Source: an uncultured Candidatus Binatia bacterium
GTDB lineage: Bacteria; Desulfobacterota; Binatia; UBA9968; JAJDTQ01
NCBI GenBank assembly: GCA_965215605.1
Contig: OZ244070.1
Span: forward strand, 2,560,001-2,624,000
Length of the DNA: 64,000 nt
Reading direction: 5' to 3'
The notes below the pieces were generated by a model, which saw only the letters and a program-made list of their open reading frames with translations, had not been told where the DNA came from and searched no databases. The translations under genes were made by a program, and so were the position numbers. Below, piece by piece: positions 1 to 11,183 of this stretch. Positions within the stretch are counted from its first letter, which is position 1; each line of letters starts with the position of its first letter.

Positions 1-348
1 TTGGTGCGCCGGGAAGGCTACAGCATGCTGCGCGGCCTGAGGCTGGAAGGCAAGAGCCTGGCGCGGTTCAGCCAGTTTCTCACCGGGGCCACCGCCGACA
101 CCTTGCTGGTGCAACCGGATGCGCCGGGAGCGGACTACACCATCGGCGAGTTGAAGGAACACTTCCAGGGCCGCACGAGCGTCCTGGCGCTGGTCCGGGA
201 GGGAGTCTCGGTGGAGAGCCCGCCCATGGACTACCAACTGAGGCCGGACGACATCCTCGTGCTGCTCGGCAGCCACGCCGACCTCGACCGGGCCGTCCAA
301 CTCCTCACCGCGCCGGAGGAGCCGGACACCGAGTTGCCCGAGCCCTGA
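1..348 (+). CDS. C-terminal TrkA-C/RCK_C domain of a cation/H+ antiporter or K+ transporter (partial, runs off window)
   Basis: TIGEL...VLALVREG...P...L+PDDILVLLG pattern typical of RCK_C. Confidence 0.7.
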   Translation: MVRREGYSMLRGLRLEGKSLARFSQFLTGATADTLLVQPDAPGADYTIGELKEHFQGRTSVLALVREGVSVESPPMDYQLRPDDILVLLGSHADLDRAVQLLTAPEEPDTELPEP

Positions 349-365
349 CGGAGCGGACGGAACGC

Positions 366-402
366 CGTGACGGGGGAGCGGCGGCAGGGCTCCCCCGTCA
401 CG
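366..402. terminator. 14-bp stem hairpin between convergent genes
   Basis: CGTGACGGGGGAGC / GCTCCCCCGTCACG inverted repeat. Confidence 0.65.
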
Positions 403-414
403 ATTTCTAGATGT

Positions 415-1830
415 CTAGATGTCGTAGTAGAGGGCGAACTCGTAGGGATGGGGCCTCAGCTTCATGGGCTCCACCTCCGCCCCGCGCTTGTAGTCCAGCC
501 ACGCCGTGATGACGTCCTTGGTGAAGACGTCGCCCTTGGTGAGGAAGGCATTGTCCCGTTCCAGGGCGTCCAGCGACTCCTCGAGGCTGCCGGGCAGCGA
601 CTCCACCTGGGCGGCTTCCTCAGGCGCGAGGTCGTAGAGGTTCTTGTCCAGCGGCTTGGGCGGCTCGACCTTGTTGGCGACGCCGTCGAGCCCCGCCATC
701 AGCATGGCCGAGAAGGCATAGTAGGGGTTGCAGCTCGGGTCCGGGCTGCGGAACTCCAGGCGTCTGGCCTTCTCGCTCGTGGAGTAGGTCGGGATCCGCA
801 CCGCCGCGCTCCGGTTGCGCTGGGAATACATCAGGTTGATGGGCGCCTCGTAGCCCGGCACCAGCCGGCGGTAGGAGTTGGTGGTGGGCGCGATGAACGC
901 GCACAGGGCCGCCGCGTGCTTCAGCAGCCCGCCGATGTAGTAACGCGCGGTGTCGCTCAGCAACGCGTAGTTCTTGGCGTTGTAGAACACGTTCTTCTTG
1001 TTCTTCCAGAGGCTCTGGTGAGTGTGCATGCCCGAGCCGTTGTCCTGGAAGATCGGCTTCGGCATCATCGTGACGCTCTTGCCGTTGCGCATCCCCACGT
1101 TCTTGACGATGTACTTGTACTTGAGCACTTGGTCGGCCATGGCCGTCAGGGTGCCGAAGCGCATGTCGATCTCCGACTGGCCCGCGGTTCCCACCTCGTG
1201 GTGATGGACCTCGCAGATGATGCCGCAGGACTCCAGCGTCTTGACCATCTCGGACCGGAGGTCCTGCAGACTGTCCATGGGCGGCACCGGGAAGTAGCCT
1301 TCCTTGTAGCGCGGCTTGTAGCCGAGGTTCTTCTTGTCGCCGTTGCCCGAGTTCCAGGCGCCCTCGTCGGAGTCGATGTAGTAGAAGCCGTAGTTGTAGC
1401 TCTGGTCGAAGCGGACGTTGTCGAGGATGTAGAACTCGATCTCCGGGCCCCAGTAGCTGGTGTCCGCGATGCCGGTGGACTTGAGGTACAACTCCGCCTT
1501 CTGCGCCACGTAACGCGGGTCCCGTGTGTAGGGCTGGCCGGTCAGCGGATCCTTGATGTTGCACACCAGGTTCAGCGTGGGCAGCGACGTGAAGGGATCC
1601 ATGAAGGCGGTGTCGGGATCCGGGAACAGCAGCATGTCCGACTCGTCGATGGTCTGGAAGCCGCGGATGCTGGAACCGTCGAACCCGATGCCGTTCTGGA
1701 ACAGGCCGGTGTCGAACTCGTTGGTGGAGATGGAGAAATGCTGCCACAGGCCGGGCAGGTCGGTAAACCGCAGGTCCACGATCTCCGCGCCGTTCTTCTT
1801 GGCAAAATCGATGACTTGTCTGGGTGTCAT
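415..1830 (-). CDS. glnA: Glutamine synthetase type I
   Basis: FDGSSI, HHEV, NGSGMHTHQSL, RLVPGYEAP, NLYDL adenylylation site; purine-rich RBS before ATG at 1830. Confidence 0.98.
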   Translation of the reverse strand: MTPRQVIDFAKKNGAEIVDLRFTDLPGLWQHFSISTNEFDTGLFQNGIGFDGSSIRGFQTIDESDMLLFPDPDTAFMDPFTSLPTLNLVCNIKDPLTGQPYTRDPRYVAQKAELYLKSTGIADTSYWGPEIEFYILDNVRFDQSYNYGFYYIDSDEGAWNSGNGDKKNLGYKPRYKEGYFPVPPMDSLQDLRSEMVKTLESCGIICEVHHHEVGTAGQSEIDMRFGTLTAMADQVLKYKYIVKNVGMRNGKSVTMMPKPIFQDNGSGMHTHQSLWKNKKNVFYNAKNYALLSDTARYYIGGLLKHAAALCAFIAPTTNSYRRLVPGYEAPINLMYSQRNRSAAVRIPTYSTSEKARRLEFRSPDPSCNPYYAFSAMLMAGLDGVANKVEPPKPLDKNLYDLAPEEAAQVESLPGSLEESLDALERDNAFLTKGDVFTKDVITAWLDYKRGAEVEPMKLRPHPYEFALYYDI

Positions 1831-1912
1831 GGCGTCTTTCCTTTCAAGCTGGGATAGTGGGATGATGTCCGGCACGGTGCTCGGGCCGGATAGCTATCGA
1901 CAGGGCAAGGAT

Positions 1913-1930
1913 AAGCAACCTTCGTGCCAA
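1913..1930 (-). promoter_or_regulatory. sigma54 -24/-12 promoter of glnA
   Basis: minus strand TTGGCACGAAGGTTGCTT matches TGGCACG-N4-TTGC. Confidence 0.9.
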
Positions 1931-2016
1931 GACGAGCCGGGAGGTTCGAAGTCCTGTCTTTCAACCGGATTGCGGACCGATGGAGAACCGTCCGGTGCTT
2001 CCGCCGGCAGTCTCGT

Positions 2017-2033
2017 TGCACAAATCTTGTTCA
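2017..2033. promoter_or_regulatory. NtrC-like enhancer site
   Basis: TGCAC-N7-GTTCA about 90 bp upstream of the sigma54 promoter (consensus TGCAC-N7-GTGCA). Confidence 0.6.
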
Positions 2034-2067
2034 GCGCCGCTTAAGGATTAGGCACTCGGACAGGCTT

Positions 2068-3804
2068 TCAGGGTCCGGGCGGCCGGGATGACTTCCTGGA
2101 ACCCTTGAAGCCCAAGCTGAGGCAGATCACGGGGGCCAGACCCGCGGCCACGATGGCCAGCGCGGCCAGCGCGGCCTGCTCGAACGCCTCGTAGGAGGCG
2201 TATTCGTAGACGTGCGTCGCCAGCGTGTCGAAGTTGAAGGGACGCAGGATCAAGGTCATGGGGAGCTCTTTCATCGCGTCCACGAAAACCAGCGTCGCCC
2301 CGGTGATCAGGCTGCCGCGCAGCAGGGGGAAGTGGATACGGGCCAGCACCCCTCCCGGGCGGCGTCCCAGGGAGCGGGCCGCTGCGTCCATGTTGGGGGT
2401 GATCTTGGTCAGGCCGGCCTCCAGGGAGCCGAACGAGAGGGCCAGAAAGCGAACCGTACAGGCGAAGATCAGCGCGTAAAGCGTCCCGGTGAAGAGCAAT
2501 CCCGTAGGAGCGTTGAAACGGGTCCGCATGAAGTCGTCGATGGAATTGTCCAGCGCCGCCGCGGGTGTCAGCACCCCCACCGCCAGCACCACTCCGGGAA
2601 TGCAGTAGCCGATGCTCGCCACGCGGGTGGCGGCGTTGACCAGCGGCGTCCCCGACAGGCGCGCGCCGTACGCCAGAAACAGACCGCCGCACAGGCAAAC
2701 CAGGGCGGCCATGCCGGCCACGGCGATACTGTTCACGGCCAGGCCCAGGGTGCTGACACCCACCACGGTCTCCGTGCTTCCCACGGCCGAGGCGGCCATG
2801 AGCATTGCGGGGACGGCGAAACCCAGCGCCACGGGGGTGCCGCAGGCCAACAGCGCCAGCGCGCCGCGGACGCCGTCGAGGCTCGCCAGGGGCTGGCGCC
2901 TCGGCGCACCGTGGCTGAACTGGTACCGCCGCCGGCCGCGCGCAATGCGTTCCAGCGCGGCCATGACCAGCACCAGCGCCAGCACCATGGATGCCAGTTG
3001 AGCCGCCGCCGGCGGGTTGTTCATGCCGAACCAGACGCGGTAGACGCCCACGGTCAGGGTTTGTACCGCGAAATAGTCTACGGTGCCGAAGTCGTTGAGC
3101 GTCTCCATCAACGCCAGCAGCACACCCACCGCAATGGCCGGCCGGGCCAGCGGCAGGGCTACCCTCGCGAAGCAGCCCCAGGTCCCCAGGCCGAGCCCGC
3201 GGGCGGCGTCCCACAGGTTCTGGGACTGCTCGATGAAAGCGGATCGGGCAAGCAGGTAGACGTATGGGTAGAGCACCAGTGACATGAAGACCACGGCGCC
3301 GCCCAGGGAGCGGACCTCGGGAAACCAGTAGTCCCGTGGACTCTGCCACCCGAAGACCTGACGCAATGCCGTCTGCACCGGACCGGCGAACTCCAGCACA
3401 TCCGTGTACGTGTATGCGGCGATGTAGGCGGGCACGGCCAAGGGCAGCAACAGCGCCCACTGAAGCAGGCCTCGTCCGGGAAACCGGAACATGGTGATCA
3501 GCCAGGCCGTGCTGACGCCGATGATCAGCACGCCGGCGCCGACGCCGGTGATGAGCAGCAGAGTCTGGCCGATATAGGTGCCGAGGACGGTGGAGCTCAG
3601 ATGCGCCCACGCGTCACCGCTGTTTTCCAGGGCGATTCCCAGCACGGCGACGATAGGGCTGGTGAAAAGAGCCGCCAGCGCAAGGATTCCGACGGTCCAA
3701 CCGTCAACCCGGGGAAGTCGTGACAGGAAGGGGATGGCGGCGGTCCGCGCCGCCGCGGGCGCCGCGCTTGCGGGACCGGTCGGCATGACGCACGACCGTA
3801 GCAC
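2068..3804 (-). CDS. fbpB: Fe3+ ABC transporter permease (FbpB/FutB type)
   Basis: duplicated permease with two EAA-like loops, LYPYVYL, DFGTV, KELP; start may be 3787. Confidence 0.85.
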   Translation of the reverse strand: MLRSCVMPTGPASAAPAAARTAAIPFLSRLPRVDGWTVGILALAALFTSPIVAVLGIALENSGDAWAHLSSTVLGTYIGQTLLLITGVGAGVLIIGVSTAWLITMFRFPGRGLLQWALLLPLAVPAYIAAYTYTDVLEFAGPVQTALRQVFGWQSPRDYWFPEVRSLGGAVVFMSLVLYPYVYLLARSAFIEQSQNLWDAARGLGLGTWGCFARVALPLARPAIAVGVLLALMETLNDFGTVDYFAVQTLTVGVYRVWFGMNNPPAAAQLASMVLALVLVMAALERIARGRRRYQFSHGAPRRQPLASLDGVRGALALLACGTPVALGFAVPAMLMAASAVGSTETVVGVSTLGLAVNSIAVAGMAALVCLCGGLFLAYGARLSGTPLVNAATRVASIGYCIPGVVLAVGVLTPAAALDNSIDDFMRTRFNAPTGLLFTGTLYALIFACTVRFLALSFGSLEAGLTKITPNMDAAARSLGRRPGGVLARIHFPLLRGSLITGATLVFVDAMKELPMTLILRPFNFDTLATHVYEYASYEAFEQAALAALAIVAAGLAPVICLSLGFKGSRKSSRPPGP

Positions 3805-3851
3805 GGGAAGTCATGTTACTCAAACCAGAAATGTTTGACGGCAGAAACTTC

Positions 3852-5861
3852 TCAGGAACCACTAGCCGAACGCGCCTGCTTTGTCCCGCTCGCGGTCCTG
3901 TCGCGGATGCCGTGGGGTTCCGCCATGGGCGTATCGGTTTCTCCAGGGACGGCCTTCGCCGCTTCGGCGGTGTGCCGGTCCAGGTAGGTGCCGCCGGTGA
4001 GGACCCGGGTCATGATTCTCTCCAGGCGGGCGGAAGGAGACTCGGCCCGGGCCGGATCGGGTACGGCGCGGAGCTCCCCGGGAACATGGCTCTGCACCAA
4101 GTCGTTGAAACCCCAACGGTTCAGCATGTCGGCACAGGTGTCGGGCTCCCGCACGTCGAGAACCTGCACCACCCCGTCGCCGCCGGTTTCCACCGCGACC
4201 TCCGCCGGCCGGCCGAACAGGTTGTGGTCGCTGCTGAGGGCCTCCTGGTAGGCGCCCAGGAACAGGATCGCCAGCGTGTAGGCGTCGTCCCAGGGCAGCC
4301 CGTGGAGCTCGAAGGTGGAGCGAGGCTCGGCGGGGTGGGAGAACTTGTTGATCACCCCGTCCGAGTCGCAGGTCAGGTCCGCCAGGACCGCCTTGACGGC
4401 GGGTTTCTCCTTGAGCCGGCAGGTGGGCATGATGGGGAACAGCATGTCGAGGACCCAACTGTCCGGCAGCGACCTGAAGATGGAGAAGTTGAAGGCATGC
4501 AGCCGGGCGGCGATGCGTTCCAGGGCGGCCTTGTCCTCGCCGTCGAACCGTCCGTGGCGCGAGAAACGGCTCGCCAACTCGACGATCCGGGAAAACGCGG
4601 ATTCCGCCTGCGCCCGCTGCTTCAGGGAAAGGAACCCCAGGGAGAAGGCCGAGAGCATTTCGTCCTTCTTCTGGTAGGCGTCGTGGAGATACTCGCGCCA
4701 GTTCTTGCTGTTGATCTCCACCACCATGTCGTCGAGTTCGTTGACCGCGTCCACGTTGGAGGCCCGGGCTCGCGGCCGGCCGGGCTTGGGAGTGGTCCGC
4801 GGCTGCTCCAGCGGATCCACCAGCAGGGCCGCGTGGTGGGTCACCAGGAACCGGCCGGCTTCGGTGATGATCTCCGGCTCCGCGATGCGCGCCCGGTCCA
4901 GCACTTCCTTGGTGGTGTAGATGATGTCGTTGGCGTACTCCTGGACATTGTAGTTCACGCTGGAGTCCGCCGAGCTGTTGCTGCCGTCGTAGTCCACCCC
5001 GAGTCCGCCGCCCACGTCCAGGGTGTCCAATGGCACCCCCAACTCCTTGAGCTCGACGTAGAATCGGAGCGCCTCCTGCAGCGCCTGCTTGAAGTTCCGG
5101 ATGTTGGTGATCTGGGAGCCGAGATGGAAGTGGAGCAGTCGCAGGCGGTCCAGCAGCTTGCATTCCTTCAGCAGCCGGGTGGCATCCAGCAGGTCGGAGG
5201 CGGTGAGGCCGAACTTGGACAGGTCCCCGGACGACTCCTCCCAGCGGCCCATGCCGCTGGCGTTGAGCTTCACCCGCGCGCCGAGCCTCGGGCACGGCAG
5301 ACCCTTGGCCCGAAGCTCGCCGATGAGCTCGTACTCGCGCGGGCGCTCGAACACCACCACGACGTTGTAGCCGGCCTCGCTGGCGGCCGCCGCCAGTTCG
5401 ATGTAGGCGGTGTCCTTGTAGCCGTTGCAGATGATCGGGCCGCGGCTGTTGCCGAGCATGGACAAGGCGATGCACAATTCCGCCTTGGTGCCGACCTCGA
5501 GGCCGACCCCGTACCGGCGGCCGGTTTCGCAGATCCGCGCCACCGTCGCCCGGCGGCTGTTGACCTTGAGCGGATACGCGCAGGTGTAGGCGCCGCGATA
5601 GTTGAAGGTCTCGGTGGCTGTCCTGAATGCGCGGTGAAGGGCCTCGAGCTGGCGGTCGATGAGCTGCGGAAAGCGGACCAGCACCGGCGGCCGTACGCCT
5701 CTTTGCTGCAGCAGGATCACGAGCTCGTGCAGGTCGACGGTGTGGCGCGTCGGGGCATCCGTTATGATCTCGAGATGCCCCGCGTCGTTGACGTTGACGA
5801 ACCCCTCACCCCAGGACCGCCATGCAAACGGCTCCCCGGCTCCCAATGCCAGCTTTTTCAT
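3852..5861 (-). CDS. speA: Biosynthetic arginine decarboxylase
   Basis: YPLKVN PLP lysine, HFHLGSQI, DVGGGLGVDYDG, DLTCDSDG, GAYQE. Confidence 0.93.
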   Translation of the reverse strand: MKKLALGAGEPFAWRSWGEGFVNVNDAGHLEIITDAPTRHTVDLHELVILLQQRGVRPPVLVRFPQLIDRQLEALHRAFRTATETFNYRGAYTCAYPLKVNSRRATVARICETGRRYGVGLEVGTKAELCIALSMLGNSRGPIICNGYKDTAYIELAAAASEAGYNVVVVFERPREYELIGELRAKGLPCPRLGARVKLNASGMGRWEESSGDLSKFGLTASDLLDATRLLKECKLLDRLRLLHFHLGSQITNIRNFKQALQEALRFYVELKELGVPLDTLDVGGGLGVDYDGSNSSADSSVNYNVQEYANDIIYTTKEVLDRARIAEPEIITEAGRFLVTHHAALLVDPLEQPRTTPKPGRPRARASNVDAVNELDDMVVEINSKNWREYLHDAYQKKDEMLSAFSLGFLSLKQRAQAESAFSRIVELASRFSRHGRFDGEDKAALERIAARLHAFNFSIFRSLPDSWVLDMLFPIMPTCRLKEKPAVKAVLADLTCDSDGVINKFSHPAEPRSTFELHGLPWDDAYTLAILFLGAYQEALSSDHNLFGRPAEVAVETGGDGVVQVLDVREPDTCADMLNRWGFNDLVQSHVPGELRAVPDPARAESPSARLERIMTRVLTGGTYLDRHTAEAAKAVPGETDTPMAEPHGIRDRTASGTKQARSASGS

Positions 5862-6001
5862 CTTCCCGGCCTTCCCTCCTTGTCCTCGCCCGCCCCGCGC
5901 TTCATCCTACGCAAACAAGCCGCTCCCCTCCATCCGGGATGCGGCCCTCCAGTATCCTAGCATAGTTCGAGACGACTTGCGGACCCGGAAGATGGTCGCC
6001 T

Positions 6002-8113
6002 TCATCGGGCCAGGCGCAATGGCGTCTGGGTGTCCGGCCGAGTTGTGTGAAGTCCGTTCAGGTAGGTGTAGATGGCTTCCTGGGCTCGTGTCCTCGGGCC
6101 CCCGCCAACGGTCCTGTAGCGGTTCCGGAGGTCCTTGTCCAGCACCCTCGCCTTGACGTTGTCCCGCCACACGATGTCCAGCACGTCCCGGAGTTGTTTC
6201 TTGAGAGCCGGGTCATGAATCGGACAGGCCACTTCCACGCGGTGGTCCACGTTGCGTTCCATCCAGTCGCCCGAGGCGATGTACAGCTTCTCGTCGCCGC
6301 CGTTGGCGAACGCCATCACCCGGGAGTGCTCGAGGAAGCGGTCGAGAATGGCGGCGGCCTCGATGTTCTCGCTGAAATGCTCGATTCCGGGAACCAGCGA
6401 GAACATGCCGCGCACCATGAGCCTCACCTCGACGCCGGCCTTCGCCGCGTCGTAGAGCTTCCGGATCAGGCCGCCGTCTTCGAGGTTGTTGACCTTGAGG
6501 ATGACATGGGCCGGCCGGCCCTTGCCGGCGTTCTTGATCTCGGTGTCGATGAGCTTGGTAAGCTTGCGCCGGGTGTCGTAGGGCGAGACCATCAGGTGCT
6601 TGAAGTTGGTCCGCCGGTAGTTGCTCTCGAGAAAGCCGAACACCCGGCTTACTTCGCCGGTGATGCGCTCGTCGGCGGTGAACAGGCTGTCGTCCGTGTA
6701 TATCCGGGCGGTGGTCTCGTTGAAGTTGCCGGTGCCGATGTTGGCGTACAGCACGGTCCTCCGGTGCGACACCCGTGTGATGAGGATCAGCTTGGCGTGC
6801 ACCTTGAGTCCCGGCACGCCGTTGATGACCCGGACCCCTTCTTCCTGGAGGCGTTCCGACCAGTACACGTTGTCGGCCTCGTCGAACCGCGCCTGCAGCT
6901 CCATGACCACGGTCACGCGCTTGCCGTTGCGGCTGGCGTTGATCAGGGCATTGACGATCTTCGAGTTGCGCGCCACCCGGTATAGCGTCATCTTGATGGA
7001 ACGCACCTTGGGGTCGATGGCGGCCTGGCGCAGGAACTCGATGAGGTAGTCGAAGGTCTGGTACGGGTAGTGGAGCAGGATGTCCCGGCGCCGGATGGCC
7101 TTGAAGAAGGTGGCCGCGGCATCGAAGTCCCGGTGAGCCAGCGGCGGGAGCGCCGCTGCCGACAGTTTCTTCGGGCCGATGCGCGGGAAGCCCATGAAGT
7201 CCTTGAAGTTGTGGTAGCGTCCGCCGGGGATGAACGGCCCCGACTCGGTACCGAGGCCCATCTTGTCCTGCAGCAGCTTGAGCAGCCGCCGGGGGATCTT
7301 GTTGTCGTAGATGAAGCGGACCGGCGCCCCGGACCTCCGCTGCTTGAGGCCCTTGGAAATCTTCTCGATGTAGCTCTCGTATAGGTCGTCGTCGAGGTCG
7401 AGCTGCGCGTCCCGCGTCAGCTTGATCGTGTACGCCTCGAACTGGTCGAAGGGGAAGATGGAGAAGATGTCCTTCAGGCAGTAGCGGATGACGTCGTCCA
7501 GCAGTATCACGTACTCCCGGTCTCCCGCCTTGGGCAGGATGACGAAACGCGACAGCACGTCGGTGGGTATCTCGATCAACGCGTACTCGGACCGGCGGGA
7601 CTTGCTGCTGTAGAGGGAGATGGCCAGATAGATCGCCTGATCCTTCAGTTGCGGAAACTCGCTCAGGTGATTGATCATCAGCGGAATCAGGGTGGGTCGC
7701 AGCTTCTGCCGGTAGAATTCCCTGATGTAGGCTTCCTGGGCCGGGTTGAGCTCGTTCTCCCTGACGATGGAGATGCCGTGCTGCTCAAGCTCCTGGAGGA
7801 TGCTTCGATACGTGCTTTCGAACAGTGCCTGCTGTTTCAGCACGACGGCGTGGATCTCTTTCAGGACCCTGGAAGGGTCTTCGCCCAAAAGGCTTCGCGC
7901 GCCGGCGCCGAGTTGCTCGAGACGCCGGAGATGGGCCACGCGGACGCGAAAGAACTCGTCGAGATTGGACGAGAAGATGCCGAGGAAGCTGACCCGTTCC
8001 AGCAGCGGCACCGACGCGTCCGAGGCCTCCTGGAGCACGCGGCCGTTGAACGCCAGCCAACTGAGCTCCTTGTTCCGCAACGGCGGATGAGTCTTGTATT
8101 TGCGGCTTGCCAT
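6002..8113 (-). CDS. ppk1: Polyphosphate kinase 1
   Basis: ELSWLAFNGRVLQEA, SSNLDEFFRVRVA, LLHYPY, ELQARFDE, RFLEHSR; start at MASRK. Confidence 0.97.
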   Translation of the reverse strand: MASRKYKTHPPLRNKELSWLAFNGRVLQEASDASVPLLERVSFLGIFSSNLDEFFRVRVAHLRRLEQLGAGARSLLGEDPSRVLKEIHAVVLKQQALFESTYRSILQELEQHGISIVRENELNPAQEAYIREFYRQKLRPTLIPLMINHLSEFPQLKDQAIYLAISLYSSKSRRSEYALIEIPTDVLSRFVILPKAGDREYVILLDDVIRYCLKDIFSIFPFDQFEAYTIKLTRDAQLDLDDDLYESYIEKISKGLKQRRSGAPVRFIYDNKIPRRLLKLLQDKMGLGTESGPFIPGGRYHNFKDFMGFPRIGPKKLSAAALPPLAHRDFDAAATFFKAIRRRDILLHYPYQTFDYLIEFLRQAAIDPKVRSIKMTLYRVARNSKIVNALINASRNGKRVTVVMELQARFDEADNVYWSERLQEEGVRVINGVPGLKVHAKLILITRVSHRRTVLYANIGTGNFNETTARIYTDDSLFTADERITGEVSRVFGFLESNYRRTNFKHLMVSPYDTRRKLTKLIDTEIKNAGKGRPAHVILKVNNLEDGGLIRKLYDAAKAGVEVRLMVRGMFSLVPGIEHFSENIEAAAILDRFLEHSRVMAFANGGDEKLYIASGDWMERNVDHRVEVACPIHDPALKKQLRDVLDIVWRDNVKARVLDKDLRNRYRTVGGGPRTRAQEAIYTYLNGLHTTRPDTQTPLRLAR

Positions 8114-8226
8114 GGCAAAGAGGCACAAGAAACTACTACAATTGCGGCACCGCTTCAATACAGAACCGGGTGCGCCGGCCGGACGTGCCGCTGTTCGTCG
8201 TAGCGCCGAACGGTCGACGGCGATCG

Positions 8227-9102
8227 TCAGCCCGCGGCTTCGGAGTGGTACCGGAGGTCGTAATAGGCGGTCAGGTCGGTGCCTTTTCCCGGCGCCATGC
8301 CGAACGACACCCGGAGGTCCAACGGCACGTGCAGCCCGGGAAGATGGAGCTCGGTGGTTGCCGGCAGCGCGGACAGTTCCTTGGCCGCCCCGTCCTCGTC
8401 GAGATCCAGGGCGTCGCGCAGCATCCGTAGAGCGGCCGCGCGGTTGGCCGGATCGTTGCCCCAGGTGGTGGCCTCGGCGAGGCATTTGAGAAAGGCCACC
8501 ACCTTCCCCCGGTGCGCCGCCGCCCATCCGGCGGCGACCGCGAAGACCCCGCCCGGATAGTCCGGGAGCACCTCCCGATAGTCGGCGATGCGGCGCATGC
8601 CTGCCGCTTCTGCCTTCTTGTCCCAGGGCGGGTTCAGGATGCCGGCAAAGGTCTTGCCGCTTTCCATGGATTCGAAGCGCGGCCCGGTGGCGCCGACCCC
8701 GTCGAACTCGTAGTCGCCGCGGGTCATGTCGAGTCCATGGGCCAGCAGGATTCTTCGGAGCACCAGGGCGTAGGCCGTATCCACCGCGTCCACGGCCAGG
8801 AGGCGGCCGCGGAGATCCTCCCAGTCGTGGATCTCCGGCCGCACGTATACCGGCAGGGCCATGCGCTGGGACGCCTGCGCCACCGCGTGAATGTCGGCGC
8901 CCTCGCGCCCGGACCAGGCGAGCACGTTGTCGAAGGCGGTGGAGGCGATATCGTAGGTGCCGTCACTCAGGCCGCGCATCTGCTGGGTGGAGCTGCGGGT
9001 GAGGGTGGTCTCCACCGCCAGATCGTGAGCGGCAAAGAGTCCGCGCTCCCGTCCGATGACGACCGCGGCGTTTTCTCCGAAAGTGATGAAACGAAAGAGC
9101 AT
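8227..9102 (-). CDS. NMT1/SsuA-like ABC substrate-binding protein
   Basis: ERGLFA...L, DIA, DLRG++LAVD pattern. Confidence 0.7.
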   Translation of the reverse strand: MLFRFITFGENAAVVIGRERGLFAAHDLAVETTLTRSSTQQMRGLSDGTYDIASTAFDNVLAWSGREGADIHAVAQASQRMALPVYVRPEIHDWEDLRGRLLAVDAVDTAYALVLRRILLAHGLDMTRGDYEFDGVGATGPRFESMESGKTFAGILNPPWDKKAEAAGMRRIADYREVLPDYPGGVFAVAAGWAAAHRGKVVAFLKCLAEATTWGNDPANRAAALRMLRDALDLDEDGAAKELSALPATTELHLPGLHVPLDLRVSFGMAPGKGTDLTAYYDLRYHSEAAG

Positions 9103-9203
9103 GCGGGCCTCCGGGTGCCGGTCAGCTTTTGGCGTGTTCCTACACGAACGCGCGGGCAACCGCCAGTGCTCGCATCGAGGGGTGGGGAAGGGGTGCCGGA
9201 AGG

Positions 9204-9240
9204 CCGGTGCGGGCGGGGGTCCAGGACCCGCCCGCACCGG
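9204..9240. terminator. 14-bp stem hairpin downstream of glnK (terminator or REP-like)
   Basis: CCGGTGCGGGCGGG / CCCGCCCGCACCGG. Confidence 0.55.
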
Positions 9241-9252
9241 AAAGGTACGGAA

Positions 9253-10899
<1,647 letters not shown>

Positions 10900-10962
10900 T
10901 TTATCCCCCGTTTGCCGGTGTTATTTCCCGCGGTTCTGTCCGCGGGACGCATGGAAGGTGTG

Positions 10963-10980
10963 AAGCAAATCAGGTGCCAA
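10963..10980 (-). promoter_or_regulatory. sigma54 promoter of amtB-glnK
   Basis: minus strand TTGGCACCTGATTTGCTT. Confidence 0.88.
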
Positions 10981-11078
10981 CTCCGGGTGTCCGGGGCGCG
11001 CCGCCGCCGGGGCCTTGTCGTGGAGGCCGCGGGCGCGGTTCTTCGCGCGTGGACAAGTGCGCCCGGAACGGTGGCGAC

Positions 11079-11114
11079 TGCCCAACAAGCAGGCAACTGC
11101 GTAACGAGTAGGCA
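11079..11114. promoter_or_regulatory. Tandem NtrC-type enhancer sites
   Basis: two adjacent TGC-N11-GCA 17-mers (TGCCCAACAAGCAGGCA, TGCGTAACGAGTAGGCA) about 100-130 bp upstream of the sigma54 site. Confidence 0.65.
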
Positions 11115-11183
11115 ACCGGGGCCAGGCCGCCCGATGCCGCGTTGAGGGAGTGCAGGGTTGCGGAGAAGGGCCCGTGAACCGGC

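Noticed and set aside
367-1857. Long antisense or alternative-frame ORFs (e.g. 367-1857, 3813-5960, 11202-13097, 17299-19470, 39070-40683)
   Set aside because: Shadow ORFs expected from high-GC codon bias opposite well-supported genes; no recognisable motifs
8114-8527. N-terminal extensions of ppk1 and other ORF-track starts (26890, 29839, 37132, 53858, 17152, 46211)
   Set aside because: They overlap neighbouring genes or promoters, and family similarity begins at downstream starts
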